Assembly: GCA_964457835.1 (NCBI GenBank)
Contig: CAYWGJ010000006.1
Coordinates: 402-64,401 of the forward strand
Direction: 5' to 3'
Source of the DNA: an uncultured Anaerolineaceae bacterium
GTDB taxonomy: Bacteria > Chloroflexota > Anaerolineae > Aggregatilineales > Phototrophicaceae
DNA: 64,000 nt
Shown here: positions 9,373-17,673 of the stretch, piece by piece
Layout of the letters: each line of letters opens with the position of its first letter
How positions within the stretch are numbered: position 1 is the first letter of the stretch
Program-made: the position numbers and the translations under genes
Notes under the pieces: generated by a model
Database searches by the model: none
Told to the model about the DNA's origin: nothing
What the model saw: the letters and a program-made list of their open reading frames with translations, nothing else

Positions 9373-9681
9373 CTAGGCGCGCTCGCTGATGGGGCGCACG
9401 TTCAAGCCGTGATGGGCGATCAGTCGGCTGACATAGGGGTTGTGCACCACTTGCATCACCATCGACTGTTCACCACGGCGTACCTCAACGTGGTAGACGA
9501 TAGCGCGGCGCATTCCGTTGTAGTCCACTGTCTCGGTGTAAACCGTCTCGGCGAGTTGCCAGCCTTGGGCCAGCAGCGTGATGAGGCCGTCGCCACCCGC
9601 GTAGGCTTCCGAATTCGGACTCCAGTGCTGGGTGACATCCATGTATTCGACGTGGTAGTTCTGTGGGGTATTGGGCAGCAT
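9373..9681 (-). CDS. Hypothetical small cytoplasmic protein (102 aa), family not recognised
   Basis: ATG at 9681 is preceded by AAGGA with ~8 nt spacing. Composition is typical of the window. There is no TM helix or signal peptide, and I can name no motif. Confidence 0.5.
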   Translation of the reverse strand: MLPNTPQNYHVEYMDVTQHWSPNSEAYAGGDGLITLLAQGWQLAETVYTETVDYNGMRRAIVYHVEVRRGEQSMVMQVVHNPYVSRLIAHHGLNVRPISERA

Positions 9682-9887
9682 GGTAAAATCCTTACTATTA
9701 ATCTACTTGTGCGACTCTAAGCAAAGCAATTTAAGTTGCCTTTAAGAAAGCCCAGTAGTTCAATTATAGTTTTTTCGGCTTTCGTTTACATTTGCTGTGG
9801 ATTTCACGAAGCCACAGCCGACAAAATGAATTGCTTTCTCATGTTATTGTAGGGCTTTTCACAAAAAACACAAGCATATGGTCTGAA

Positions 9888-9921
9888 AACCTGACAAGAA
9901 CCTGACAAAGAACCTGGCAAA
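9888..9921 (+). repeat. Three tandem direct copies of AACCTGRCAA at 11-12 nt spacing
   Basis: AACCTGACAA at 9888-9897 and at 9899-9908, and AACCTGGCAA at 9911-9920. They lie in the AT-rich divergent intergenic region, 55-87 nt upstream of the hydrolase ATG (9975). Confidence 0.6.
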
Positions 9922-9974
9922 TGGTGGCAATTTGGGTGACATTTATCCCGTTGGAAATCCAGGAGGGAGGCAGT

Positions 9975-10745
9975 ATGCCTTATGTGAGTCTTTCAACAAA
10001 CGCTCATCTTTATTATGACGATACTGGTGGGAATGGGGTACCGCTCATTTTGGTGCATGGCATGTTAGGTACTGCCGCGCTGCACTTCAAGCAGCTCACG
10101 CCTTGGCTGAAGTCGTTGGGTTATCGAGTGATCGGCCCGACGATGCGCGGCTACGGGCAGTCTACCCCAAAACCGCGCGATTTCCCCAATGACTTTTATC
10201 ACCGTGACGCGCGCGATTTGATCGCGTTTATGGACGCGCTAGGCCTTGAGTCGGCGCATCTGTTGGGCTACTCCGACGGTGGTGAGATCGTGGTCATCAT
10301 GGGGGCACTGGTTCCGTATCGCGTGCGCTCGGTGGTGTCGTGGGGCGCAGTGGGCTACTTTGGTGCGGCCATGCGCCCGGTCATTCAGCGTATGTACCCA
10401 GCCACCTGGATGACGGACGAGGAGCGGCGCGTTCACGGCATCGACAGCCCGGATGCTTTCGCGCTGAGCTGGATGCAGGCGGTCAAGGCGATGATTGACG
10501 CGGGGGGGGATGTCAGCCTGAGCATTGCGCATCAGATCACCGCGCCACTGCTGCTGATGTTAGGCGATCAGGACACGCTTAACCCAGCGGAGTACGGTCA
10601 GCGCTTAGTGGACCGAGTCCCGGATGGACGCTTACAGGTCTTGCCCTGTGGGCACCCAGTCCATGAACAAGCCTATGAGGGCTTCACAGCAGCGGTCGGG
10701 CCGTTCTTGGCGGATGCACAAGCGCGTTGGCAAGCTCAGCCGTAG
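9975..10745 (+). CDS. Alpha/beta-fold hydrolase
   Basis: LILVHGMLGT; nucleophile elbow LLGYSDGG; C-terminal CGHPVHEQ. GGAGGGAGG RBS lies before ATG 9975. The ORF track starts earlier, at 9921. Confidence 0.8.
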   Translation: MPYVSLSTNAHLYYDDTGGNGVPLILVHGMLGTAALHFKQLTPWLKSLGYRVIGPTMRGYGQSTPKPRDFPNDFYHRDARDLIAFMDALGLESAHLLGYSDGGEIVVIMGALVPYRVRSVVSWGAVGYFGAAMRPVIQRMYPATWMTDEERRVHGIDSPDAFALSWMQAVKAMIDAGGDVSLSIAHQITAPLLLMLGDQDTLNPAEYGQRLVDRVPDGRLQVLPCGHPVHEQAYEGFTAAVGPFLADAQARWQAQP

Positions 10746-11644
10746 ACCTGCTGCACCAGTGTCTCTAGGCCTGCGGCGTCCAGGAAGCCGTCGGCAGCAC
10801 CGGAAACACCGATTTTGTATGAGGCAAAGACGACGGCCCGCCGTAATGCCGTGCGTGCGTTTTTGCTGTGCAGCCAACCATCTAGGAAGGCGGAGAAGAG
10901 CGCGTCCCCGGCGCCAATGGTGTTGACGACTGGACGGGTGTGTACGGCGGGCACTTGCGTCAACGTATCGGAGTTGCGTTGATACAGCAATGTACCGCCG
11001 ACACCCATGCCCACCGCGATAATCTGCGCCTGGCTGCGCACGGTGATTTGGTGCAGGTAGGTCTGCGGATCGGTGGGTAGGTTCTCGTGGCTCATGAAGA
11101 GGAGGTCTGCGGCGGCGATGTAGTCATCGTTATAAGGGTCTGGTAGGGTACTGATGGCGTGTACGTCGGTAGCGATCGGGATACGCATCTGGCGTGCCTT
11201 ATGCAGCATGGGGCGTGTGAAGTTAATGTTGCACAGCACCGCTAGGTCTGCCTGAGACAGCGCCGCCTCAACCCGTTCAGGCGGATATACTTGGTCTTGA
11301 ATGTCTTTGAGGTCTACGAAGATCGCGCGCCGCCCGCTGTCTTCGTAGAGGATAGTGGACTGTGCGGTGGCAGCGGCCTGTGACAGTACGTTGGCGTCGC
11401 TGACGTCGATGTCTTGCAACGCAGTGCGTACCATATGAGCGTTCGTGTCCTCACCGATGAGTGATAGGAAATCGACCTCATGTCCCAGAGTGCTCAGGGC
11501 CTTGGCGATGTTCAGGCCGACGCCGGAAACAGTCGTGCGCATCCCGAAGAACGGGTAGCGGGATGGTGCGTAGGTGACTGGAAAGCCTTCCACCTTGAGT
11601 GTGGTCTCGATATTGATGAGGCCAGCCACTACGATGCGAGCCAT
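10736..11644 (-). CDS. PfkB-family carbohydrate/sugar kinase
   Basis: MARIVVAGLINIETTLKV...; C-terminal NTIGAGDALFSAF (PfkB signature 2-like). Start at ATG 11644. The 3' end overlaps the convergent hydrolase gene by 10 nt. Confidence 0.8.
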   Translation of the reverse strand: MARIVVAGLINIETTLKVEGFPVTYAPSRYPFFGMRTTVSGVGLNIAKALSTLGHEVDFLSLIGEDTNAHMVRTALQDIDVSDANVLSQAAATAQSTILYEDSGRRAIFVDLKDIQDQVYPPERVEAALSQADLAVLCNINFTRPMLHKARQMRIPIATDVHAISTLPDPYNDDYIAAADLLFMSHENLPTDPQTYLHQITVRSQAQIIAVGMGVGGTLLYQRNSDTLTQVPAVHTRPVVNTIGAGDALFSAFLDGWLHSKNARTALRRAVVFASYKIGVSGAADGFLDAAGLETLVQQVYG

Positions 11645-11773
11645 GATATGTGTCCTTTCGGTGGTGCTGTGCTCTAAGCCCATAATCAGGTGAGCGCAGT
11701 AAGATCAAGTTCAGTTTGCTTAAAGCACGCAGCGATTGCAATACTGCGTGCCTCACAAAAAAGGGGTTTGATC

Positions 11774-12865
11774 ATGGTTAAGCACAACTTTTGGACCGCG
11801 CTTGTGCTGGCGATGGTGTATGCTGCCTGGGCACAAGCCGCCTGGGCACAAGAAGACGACGGCAGTAATGAACCGCTGCCGATCCGTGTTGAAAATGCTG
11901 CCGATGTGACCTTGTACCTGGCACTTACGGGAGGGCACGCTGATGAGGTCAATGCGGTGGCTTTCAGTCCGGATGGTGCACGCATCGCGTCTGCGGGAGA
12001 AGACACGGCACTGGTGCTGTGGGATGCTGCCAGTGGTGAACAGTTAGCTGTTTCCTATGAGCATTTCTCGTTTATCAAGAGTGTCGATTTTCATCCACAA
12101 GATGCTGATCGTCTGTTGACAGGTAGTTGGGATCGCACGCTCATCGTGTGGGATTTGAGCGGTGATACGCCTGCTGTGGCGGAGATGATCCAGGGAGCAC
12201 CGGCGGTTGTGGAAGATGCAAGCTACAGCCCGGATGCTGCGCTGCTGGCTTATGGGGTAGGGGATGGCACCGCGCGTGTATATGATCTGGCAGCCGGGGA
12301 AGAACAGCACCGCTTTCGTTTAGACTCGCTGCAAGTGACCGATGTTGTCTTCAGCCCGGATGGTCAGATGTTGGCGGCAGCGGGCGGCTTTCCGGATACG
12401 CACGCCAGTCTGTTTGACCTGGATAGGGGTACCCTGGCCTTTCAGATGCTGGGGCATGACGGGGGCGTGCTGAGCTTGGCCTTCAACCCGGATGGGACGT
12501 TGCTAGTGAGCGGGGGGGATGATAGTGTGCTGATATTCTGGCCCATAGACCAGGATACAAATGCCGACGATGAGACATTGACGGTAGAGCGCCGCGCGGA
12601 CACCGCGGCGCTCTTTCCGCTGCCGGACTGGCCGGTTGAGCTGGCGTTCAGTCCGGATGGGATGGTGCTGGCTGTCGCGCTGGCTGATGGCACGATCCAG
12701 CTATGGGATGTCGCACTGCGTGAGCTTCTCGTGACCTTTACGGCACATGATGGCATGGTCAACGCGGTGGTGTTCAACCCACAGGGCACGCGCTTGGCTT
12801 CGGCGGGCAGTGATGGTTTGGTGATGGTGTGGGCTGTCGGTGCGCCTGCGGCAGATGCCCAGTAG
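11774..12865 (+). CDS. Secreted WD40/beta-propeller repeat protein
   Basis: Signal peptide MVKHNFWTALVLAMVYAAWAQAAWAQ, then repeated units of the type HADEVNAVAFSPDGARIASAGEDTALVLWD / HDGMVNAVVFNPQGTRLASAGSDGLVMVW. Confidence 0.8.
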   Translation: MVKHNFWTALVLAMVYAAWAQAAWAQEDDGSNEPLPIRVENAADVTLYLALTGGHADEVNAVAFSPDGARIASAGEDTALVLWDAASGEQLAVSYEHFSFIKSVDFHPQDADRLLTGSWDRTLIVWDLSGDTPAVAEMIQGAPAVVEDASYSPDAALLAYGVGDGTARVYDLAAGEEQHRFRLDSLQVTDVVFSPDGQMLAAAGGFPDTHASLFDLDRGTLAFQMLGHDGGVLSLAFNPDGTLLVSGGDDSVLIFWPIDQDTNADDETLTVERRADTAALFPLPDWPVELAFSPDGMVLAVALADGTIQLWDVALRELLVTFTAHDGMVNAVVFNPQGTRLASAGSDGLVMVWAVGAPAADAQ

Positions 12866-12905
12866 ATTGTGTCAGCCGGGGTCCGTGTCGCTGCCTCGGC
12901 TGACG

Positions 12906-13283
12906 CTAACTGGCCGCTGCCATGCGTTCGCTGAAGTGCCGCAGTGCGTTGATCAGTTCACCGCGTGTGATGGGCTTGGCGAGATAGTCATCGCAGCCAG
13001 AAGCCAGGTAATGCTCGCGGTCACCGTGCATGGCGTTGGCAGTCAGTGCGATGACAGGGATGTGCTGCGTTTGGGGCAAGGCTTTCAGGCGAGCGGTGGC
13101 CTCGATCCCGTCAATGTCTGGTAGGTTGATGTCCATCAGGATTACGTCGGGCTGCTCGTTGACGGCTATGTCCACACCGCTCATGCCGTCCATGGCTTCG
13201 ATCATATCGATCCCCGCAGAGCGTAGGAATTTGCGCACAAGGCGCATGTTGAGCGGGTTGTCTTCCACATAGAGCACCTTCAT
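12906..13283 (-). CDS. Single-domain CheY-like response regulator
   Basis: MKVLYVEDNPLN...DVILMDINLPDIDG...IALTANAM...DDYLAKP. ATG 13283 with an AAGGG RBS is preferred; the upstream ATG 13298 is also possible. Confidence 0.85.
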   Translation of the reverse strand: MKVLYVEDNPLNMRLVRKFLRSAGIDMIEAMDGMSGVDIAVNEQPDVILMDINLPDIDGIEATARLKALPQTQHIPVIALTANAMHGDREHYLASGCDDYLAKPITRGELINALRHFSERMAAAS

Positions 13284-13402
13284 GGTATGCCCTTTCATTT
13301 TTGCTCAGTAGCTATATAGTCCTATTGTAAGTGCACGGTCATAAAAAAAAGAACAAAGATTATCCTAAAAAAGTAAATATAAACAATGAATAGGGTATGC
13401 AT

Positions 13403-13431
13403 AAAAAAGCCGTGTCATCTATAGACACGGC
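13403..13431 (-). terminator. Rho-independent terminator for the PA14/SH3b gene
   Basis: GCCGTGTC (13409-13416) pairs with GACACGGC (13424-13431) with a 7-nt loop. On the minus strand the hairpin is followed by TTTTTT (the complement of A13403-13408). Confidence 0.75.
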
Positions 13432-13459
13432 TTGTACTTTGCCTTATGAGTGGCAAGCC

Positions 13460-14554
13460 TCAGTAAGTAGGCACCGCGTCTACGATCCCGTTGAGGCCGA
13501 CATAAGGCGCATAGATCCAACCAACCAGATCGCCGTAGCGCACCAGCAGCCAATGGTTGTCAAAGCCTTGGATGGTACGGCCAAAGACCTCCACCTCGCC
13601 ACCCCAGGGGATTTGCGCTAGGAGCTGGGTGCGTTCACTGGGGCGCAGGCGCAGGTTCATCACGGAGCGAGTCACCCCTGTGACGTTGAGTGCCGGGGGG
13701 ATGTTACCGAGATTACCCGGTCCTAACGCTTCGAACGCCGTGCCTTCAACAGGGATGTCATCCTCAATGCCGGTGATTTGCAGGTAGCGCCCGGAGGACC
13801 AGCCGGTGCTGTCGCCTACCTGGACCTTATACCAGATGAACAGGCCCTCATCGAAGTTACGCGCCAGCACGGGGTAGGCGGTGTCTGGGCGGGCCACAGC
13901 GATGAGTGACGCTCCGAGATACGGGCCGGTGCGCACGGCTAATCCACGTACCTGTACCACAGTGCCGGTAGCTGGCGGCTGGGGTGTGGGGGTGAAAGCT
14001 GGGGTGCCGTCGCCCCCGCCGCCGTCATCTCCCAAGAAGCCCCACTGCACTTGCACAATAGCTTCGCCCTGGAAGTCGGTATATTCCACTAACATGGACA
14101 CACTGGTGCTGGCGATGTTCACGTTGAAAGTATCCACCGCTACATCGGGGTTGGGTGTCGTGTCCGGTACGGTACGTGTGAGCTGATTGAGGTATTCCAC
14201 CCCGTTGATGACCACGCGCACGCCGTCATTGGCCTGTACGGTGAAACGGTAGAGACCGGTTTGGGCCAGTGCTTGTGTGGAGGTGAATCGTGCGGAAAAG
14301 TTGTCCGCGTTGACACCGGGAATGATCGTGTTGCTGGCGTCACGTGGCGGTCCGTCTCCCCAGTTGAAGTTTACCCCAGCCGGATAAAACGAGGTCGTCA
14401 CGGCTGGGCCGCTGAGAGTGGTATTGTTCCAGAACTCCGCTGACCAATTGGTCCCGACGTTTTGTGCCTGGTTGATCTGAGTGGAGAGTAGACCCGCTAA
14501 CAATACCAGCAGGGTCAGTACGGCAAGAAGGGTTATGCTGCGTCGCTTAATCAT
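13460..14554 (-). CDS. Secreted protein with an N-terminal PA14-like domain and two SH3b-like domains
   Basis: Signal/anchor MIKRRSITLLAVLTLLVLLAGLL. PA14-like NWSAEFWNNTTLSGPAV...FSARFTS...TGLYRFTVQANDGVRVVINGVEY. Gly/Pro linker. Two segments of the form VRTGPYLGASLIAV...YKVQVG...GWSSGRYL and LRLRPSERTQLLAQI...WLLVRYGDLVGWIYAPYV. Confidence 0.7.
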   Translation of the reverse strand: MIKRRSITLLAVLTLLVLLAGLLSTQINQAQNVGTNWSAEFWNNTTLSGPAVTTSFYPAGVNFNWGDGPPRDASNTIIPGVNADNFSARFTSTQALAQTGLYRFTVQANDGVRVVINGVEYLNQLTRTVPDTTPNPDVAVDTFNVNIASTSVSMLVEYTDFQGEAIVQVQWGFLGDDGGGGDGTPAFTPTPQPPATGTVVQVRGLAVRTGPYLGASLIAVARPDTAYPVLARNFDEGLFIWYKVQVGDSTGWSSGRYLQITGIEDDIPVEGTAFEALGPGNLGNIPPALNVTGVTRSVMNLRLRPSERTQLLAQIPWGGEVEVFGRTIQGFDNHWLLVRYGDLVGWIYAPYVGLNGIVDAVPTY

Positions 14555-14692
14555 AGTCAGGCTCCTGTGCGATGTACGCGAGACCTGTGATGTGACTTGT
14601 CCAGGCGTGCTGCGCCAATCGCTGCAACTCTGTGTGTATCCCTACGTATATAGTATCGCAAGGACCTCAACAGCGCATACAGGAGGATAGTC

Positions 14693-15055
14693 ATGACTGA
14701 AGAACAAAACACACCCAACAGCCCAGAAGCTGAGGATAAGAACAAGCGCACCGTCACCGAAGAGTTCGAGATTGCCAGCTCACAGCTTGTGGAGCGTATC
14801 CAGGATGTTGTGCGCGAGGGCAACGTGCGCCGCGTCATCATCAAGACCGCTGATGATCGTGTATTGATGGACACCACCCTGACCGTTGGTGCGATTGCCG
14901 GTGGGGCGCTGGCCCTGGTCTACTGGCCGCTGGCTGCTGTAGCTGCTATTGCTGCCATGGTTGCCCGCGTCAAAGTGGAGATCGTGCGCGAGATCAGTGA
15001 CGATGACATGGCCGATGGCAAGTCTCGCATCGAAATCAGCAGCGACGACGAGTAG
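14693..15055 (+). CDS. DUF4342-like small protein
   Basis: SQLVERIQDVVREGNVRRVIIKTADDRVLMDTTLTVGAIAGGALALVYWPLAAVAAIAAMVARVKVEIVRE matches my memory of the DUF4342 pattern. AGGAGGA RBS. Confidence 0.65.
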   Translation: MTEEQNTPNSPEAEDKNKRTVTEEFEIASSQLVERIQDVVREGNVRRVIIKTADDRVLMDTTLTVGAIAGGALALVYWPLAAVAAIAAMVARVKVEIVREISDDDMADGKSRIEISSDDE

Positions 15056-15069
15056 CTTGCAACGCAGCG

Positions 15070-15100
15070 CGGGGTGCTTTGTAGATGAGCACCCCGTTTG
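15070..15100 (+). terminator. Rho-independent terminator after the DUF4342 gene
   Basis: CGGGGTGCT (15070-15078) pairs with AGCACCCCG (15088-15096) with a 9-nt loop, followed by TTTGCCCCTTTT. Confidence 0.65.
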
Positions 15101-15106
15101 CCCCTT

Positions 15107-15913
15107 TTAGGGAGTGAAGCCAAAGTAGTTGAGCAGTTCCAGGATAGCGTTATGATAGGCTAGCGGGTTTTCCTCTATCACGCGGATAGTGTGTGTGTTG
15201 CTCAGCACGCGATCTACTTTGACCGGGACATTGGTCCATGCACCAGTGCGGTACACGAAGCCGCCATGCCACACGGGGATGATGGCACGTTCGGCGTCAA
15301 TGGCCCAGCCGATTTCTTCGATCACTACTTTTGATTCCAGGGTGTGCGGTCCCAGCAGCAGCACAAAATAGTCCTTAGATTCGATGCGCTGCTTAAGTCC
15401 ACCGTACCAGTTTTCACCAGGGATCAACGCCAGGTCTAGGAAGGCATCCAGTCCTGCCTGTTTGAGCTGGTTCATCACCAGCAGGGCCAAAGCACTGCTT
15501 TCGCTGCGTTTGTAACTGATGAAGATGGAAGACGCTTCCAGCACTTCGACCAGCTCGTAGGCTGCCTGGGTCAGCTTGTAATCCACGGAGAAGCGTCCAT
15601 CGTTGAGGATAGTGAAGAAGCCGTTGCTTTCCAATAGGTGCCAATGTGGAAAGCGGTCGTAGCCGCCCCATTTTGCCAGCAGGTAGCGCGTGATGTCCGG
15701 GTTTTCTGGCAGCAGCATGGTGATTCTTTCGGTCGTCTGCTCGGCGTCGCTGTTCGATGATGAGACCTCTTGAAAGCGCAGTGCAATGACCGTTTTCCAC
15801 ACTTCTTCTGCGGCACCTTCAGCTAAATCACGCGCCAGCATCCGCACGCGCTTAATGCCGCTTTGCGGGATGGGGTGCTGCCGGGTACGGTCAATGAATT
15901 CGTCCAGGTTCAT
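15107..15913 (-). CDS. TIR-domain protein with an unrecognised ~135-aa N-terminal domain
   Basis: C-terminal half: SIFISYKRSESSALALLVMNQLKQAGLDAFLD...ENWYGGLKQRIESKDYFVLLLGPHTLESKVVIEEIGWAIDAERAIIPVW (TIR_2-like pattern). No TM helix or signal peptide. Confidence 0.7.
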   Translation of the reverse strand: MNLDEFIDRTRQHPIPQSGIKRVRMLARDLAEGAAEEVWKTVIALRFQEVSSSNSDAEQTTERITMLLPENPDITRYLLAKWGGYDRFPHWHLLESNGFFTILNDGRFSVDYKLTQAAYELVEVLEASSIFISYKRSESSALALLVMNQLKQAGLDAFLDLALIPGENWYGGLKQRIESKDYFVLLLGPHTLESKVVIEEIGWAIDAERAIIPVWHGGFVYRTGAWTNVPVKVDRVLSNTHTIRVIEENPLAYHNAILELLNYFGFTP

Positions 15914-15982
15914 AGGGTCTGTTCCTCACTTCGTAGGGCGAGCATCTGAACAGTATAGGCTGATGCGTGTGCCTTTGCATGA

Positions 15983-17521
15983 TCACTGTATTGCCTTAGG
16001 CCGGTAGTTCAGCGCTTCGGCGATATGCTGTACGGTGATTTTGTCGATGTCATCTAGGTCGGCGATAGTCAGGCTGAGTTTCAGCACACGGTGATAGGCC
16101 CTGGCGCTGAGCCGCATACGCTTGACGGACAGCTCCAGTACTTGCTTGGCGTCCGTTTCCATCACACAGTAGGCTTGAATTTCGCCGGTGCCCATGTCCG
16201 CATTAGCAACTAAGTGTGGCACATCGGCAAAGCGTGCCTGCTGACGCGCCCGCGCCGCCTCCACCCGTGCTCGCACTGCGGCTGAAGTCTCACCGCGTGT
16301 GTCGTCCATCAGCTTGTCGTAATCGACGCGCGGCACCTCCACATGAATGTCGATGCGGTCCAGCAGCGGCCCCGACAATTTGGCCTGGTAGCGTTGGATC
16401 ATAGCTGGGGTGCAGGTGCAGCTATGTGTGGGGTCGCCTAGATAGCCGCAGGGACAAGGGTTGTGCGCCGCTACGAGTAGGAAGTTAGCCGGAAAGGTCG
16501 TGCTGCCTTTAGCCCGGCTGATCGTCACGAGTTTGTCCTCGATGGGTTGGCGCAGGACTTCCAGCGTGCCGCTGCCGAATTCGTTGATCTCATCCAGGAA
16601 GAGCACCCCACGATGGCTCAGCGATACAGCACCGGGGCGGGGGATGGTACCGCCGCCAACTAAGCCAGCCTGCGAGATGGTGTGGTGCGGTGCTTGGAAA
16701 GGACGATGGTGCATCAGTGGGTGATCGCTGGGCAGCATGTCGGCCACGGAGTAGATGCGGGTGACTTCTAAGGCTTCCTGCTGGGAAAGCCGCGGCAGGA
16801 TTCCAGGCATAGCGCGTGCCAGCAGGCTCTTGCCGACGCCGGGCGGACCCACTAGGCGTAGGTTGTGCCCGCCCGCCGAGGCGATCTCCAACGCGCGCTT
16901 GACGTGTTCCTGGCCTTTGATGTCAGCGAAATCAACTAAGCTGTTAGGCAGTGTCGGAGCCAGGTCTTCGCTCAGCGGGTCCATCATATAGGGTGGGATC
17001 GGCGCTAAACCGTAGAGGTGTTCTACCAGGTGGGCCAGGGTCTTCACCGGGATCACGGTAATGCCCTGTACCAGTGCGGCTTGGGCTGCGTCTGCTTCTG
17101 GAACGTAGACAGTCTCATAGCCCTGCTGCTGTGCGGCGTAGGCCATGGGCATCACGCCTTTGACATGCCGCACGCGGCCATCCAGCGACAGCTCACCGAT
17201 GTACAGCGCCTTTTCGATGGCCGCCAACGGTACCTGATCGGTGGCGGCCAGCACACCCATGGCAATCGCTAAGTCGTAGGATGGGCCGTGTTTGGGCAGG
17301 TCAGCCGGGGAGAGGTTGACGACGTAGCCTTTGTTGGGAAATTGCAGGCCGCTGTTCTTGATGGCCGCTCGCACGCGTTCACGGCTTTCGCGCACCGCTG
17401 AGTCTGGCAGGCCGACGATAGAAAATGAAGGAATTCCGGCGCGGGGGTTGAAGTCCACCTGCACTTCGATCAACACACCGTCCAGGCCCAGGACGGCGCA
17501 GGAATGCGTAATCGCGAGCAT
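15983..17521 (-). CDS. comM: YifB/ComM-family Mg-chelatase-like AAA+ protein
   Basis: MLAITHSCAVLGLDGVLIEVQVD...; Walker A LVGPPGVGKSLL; GVLFLDEINEF; C-terminal Mg_chelatase_C-like ...SARAYHRVLKLSLTIADL. Confidence 0.9.
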   Translation of the reverse strand: MLAITHSCAVLGLDGVLIEVQVDFNPRAGIPSFSIVGLPDSAVRESRERVRAAIKNSGLQFPNKGYVVNLSPADLPKHGPSYDLAIAMGVLAATDQVPLAAIEKALYIGELSLDGRVRHVKGVMPMAYAAQQQGYETVYVPEADAAQAALVQGITVIPVKTLAHLVEHLYGLAPIPPYMMDPLSEDLAPTLPNSLVDFADIKGQEHVKRALEIASAGGHNLRLVGPPGVGKSLLARAMPGILPRLSQQEALEVTRIYSVADMLPSDHPLMHHRPFQAPHHTISQAGLVGGGTIPRPGAVSLSHRGVLFLDEINEFGSGTLEVLRQPIEDKLVTISRAKGSTTFPANFLLVAAHNPCPCGYLGDPTHSCTCTPAMIQRYQAKLSGPLLDRIDIHVEVPRVDYDKLMDDTRGETSAAVRARVEAARARQQARFADVPHLVANADMGTGEIQAYCVMETDAKQVLELSVKRMRLSARAYHRVLKLSLTIADLDDIDKITVQHIAEALNYRPKAIQ

Positions 17522-17596
17522 CGCGCGCCTTTCTCGTGTCGATGGATGCGTGAAGAAATGCTTATCTGTAGTGTAGTGCAGGCGTGGAGATTGTGC

Positions 17597-17637
17597 GAAA
17601 AGGCTGCCTGCTCCGTGACCTTGAGCGGGCAGCCTTT
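17597..17637 (-). terminator. Rho-independent terminator for the oxidoreductase operon
   Basis: AAAGGCTGCCTGCTC (17599-17613) pairs with GAGCGGGCAGCCTTT (17623-17637), 15 bp including one G-U. On the minus strand it is followed by TTTTCG. Confidence 0.7.
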
Positions 17638-17673
17638 GCGATGTTTCAGCAGATGCTTGTGCTGCTGCGGGTG

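Noticed and set aside
9915-9930. TGGCAA-N4-TGGCAA, resembling a sigma-54 -24/-12 element
   Set aside because: The GG-to-GC spacing is one nucleotide off the strict sigma-54 geometry, and the -12 element is not TTGC. It is better explained as part of the direct-repeat array.
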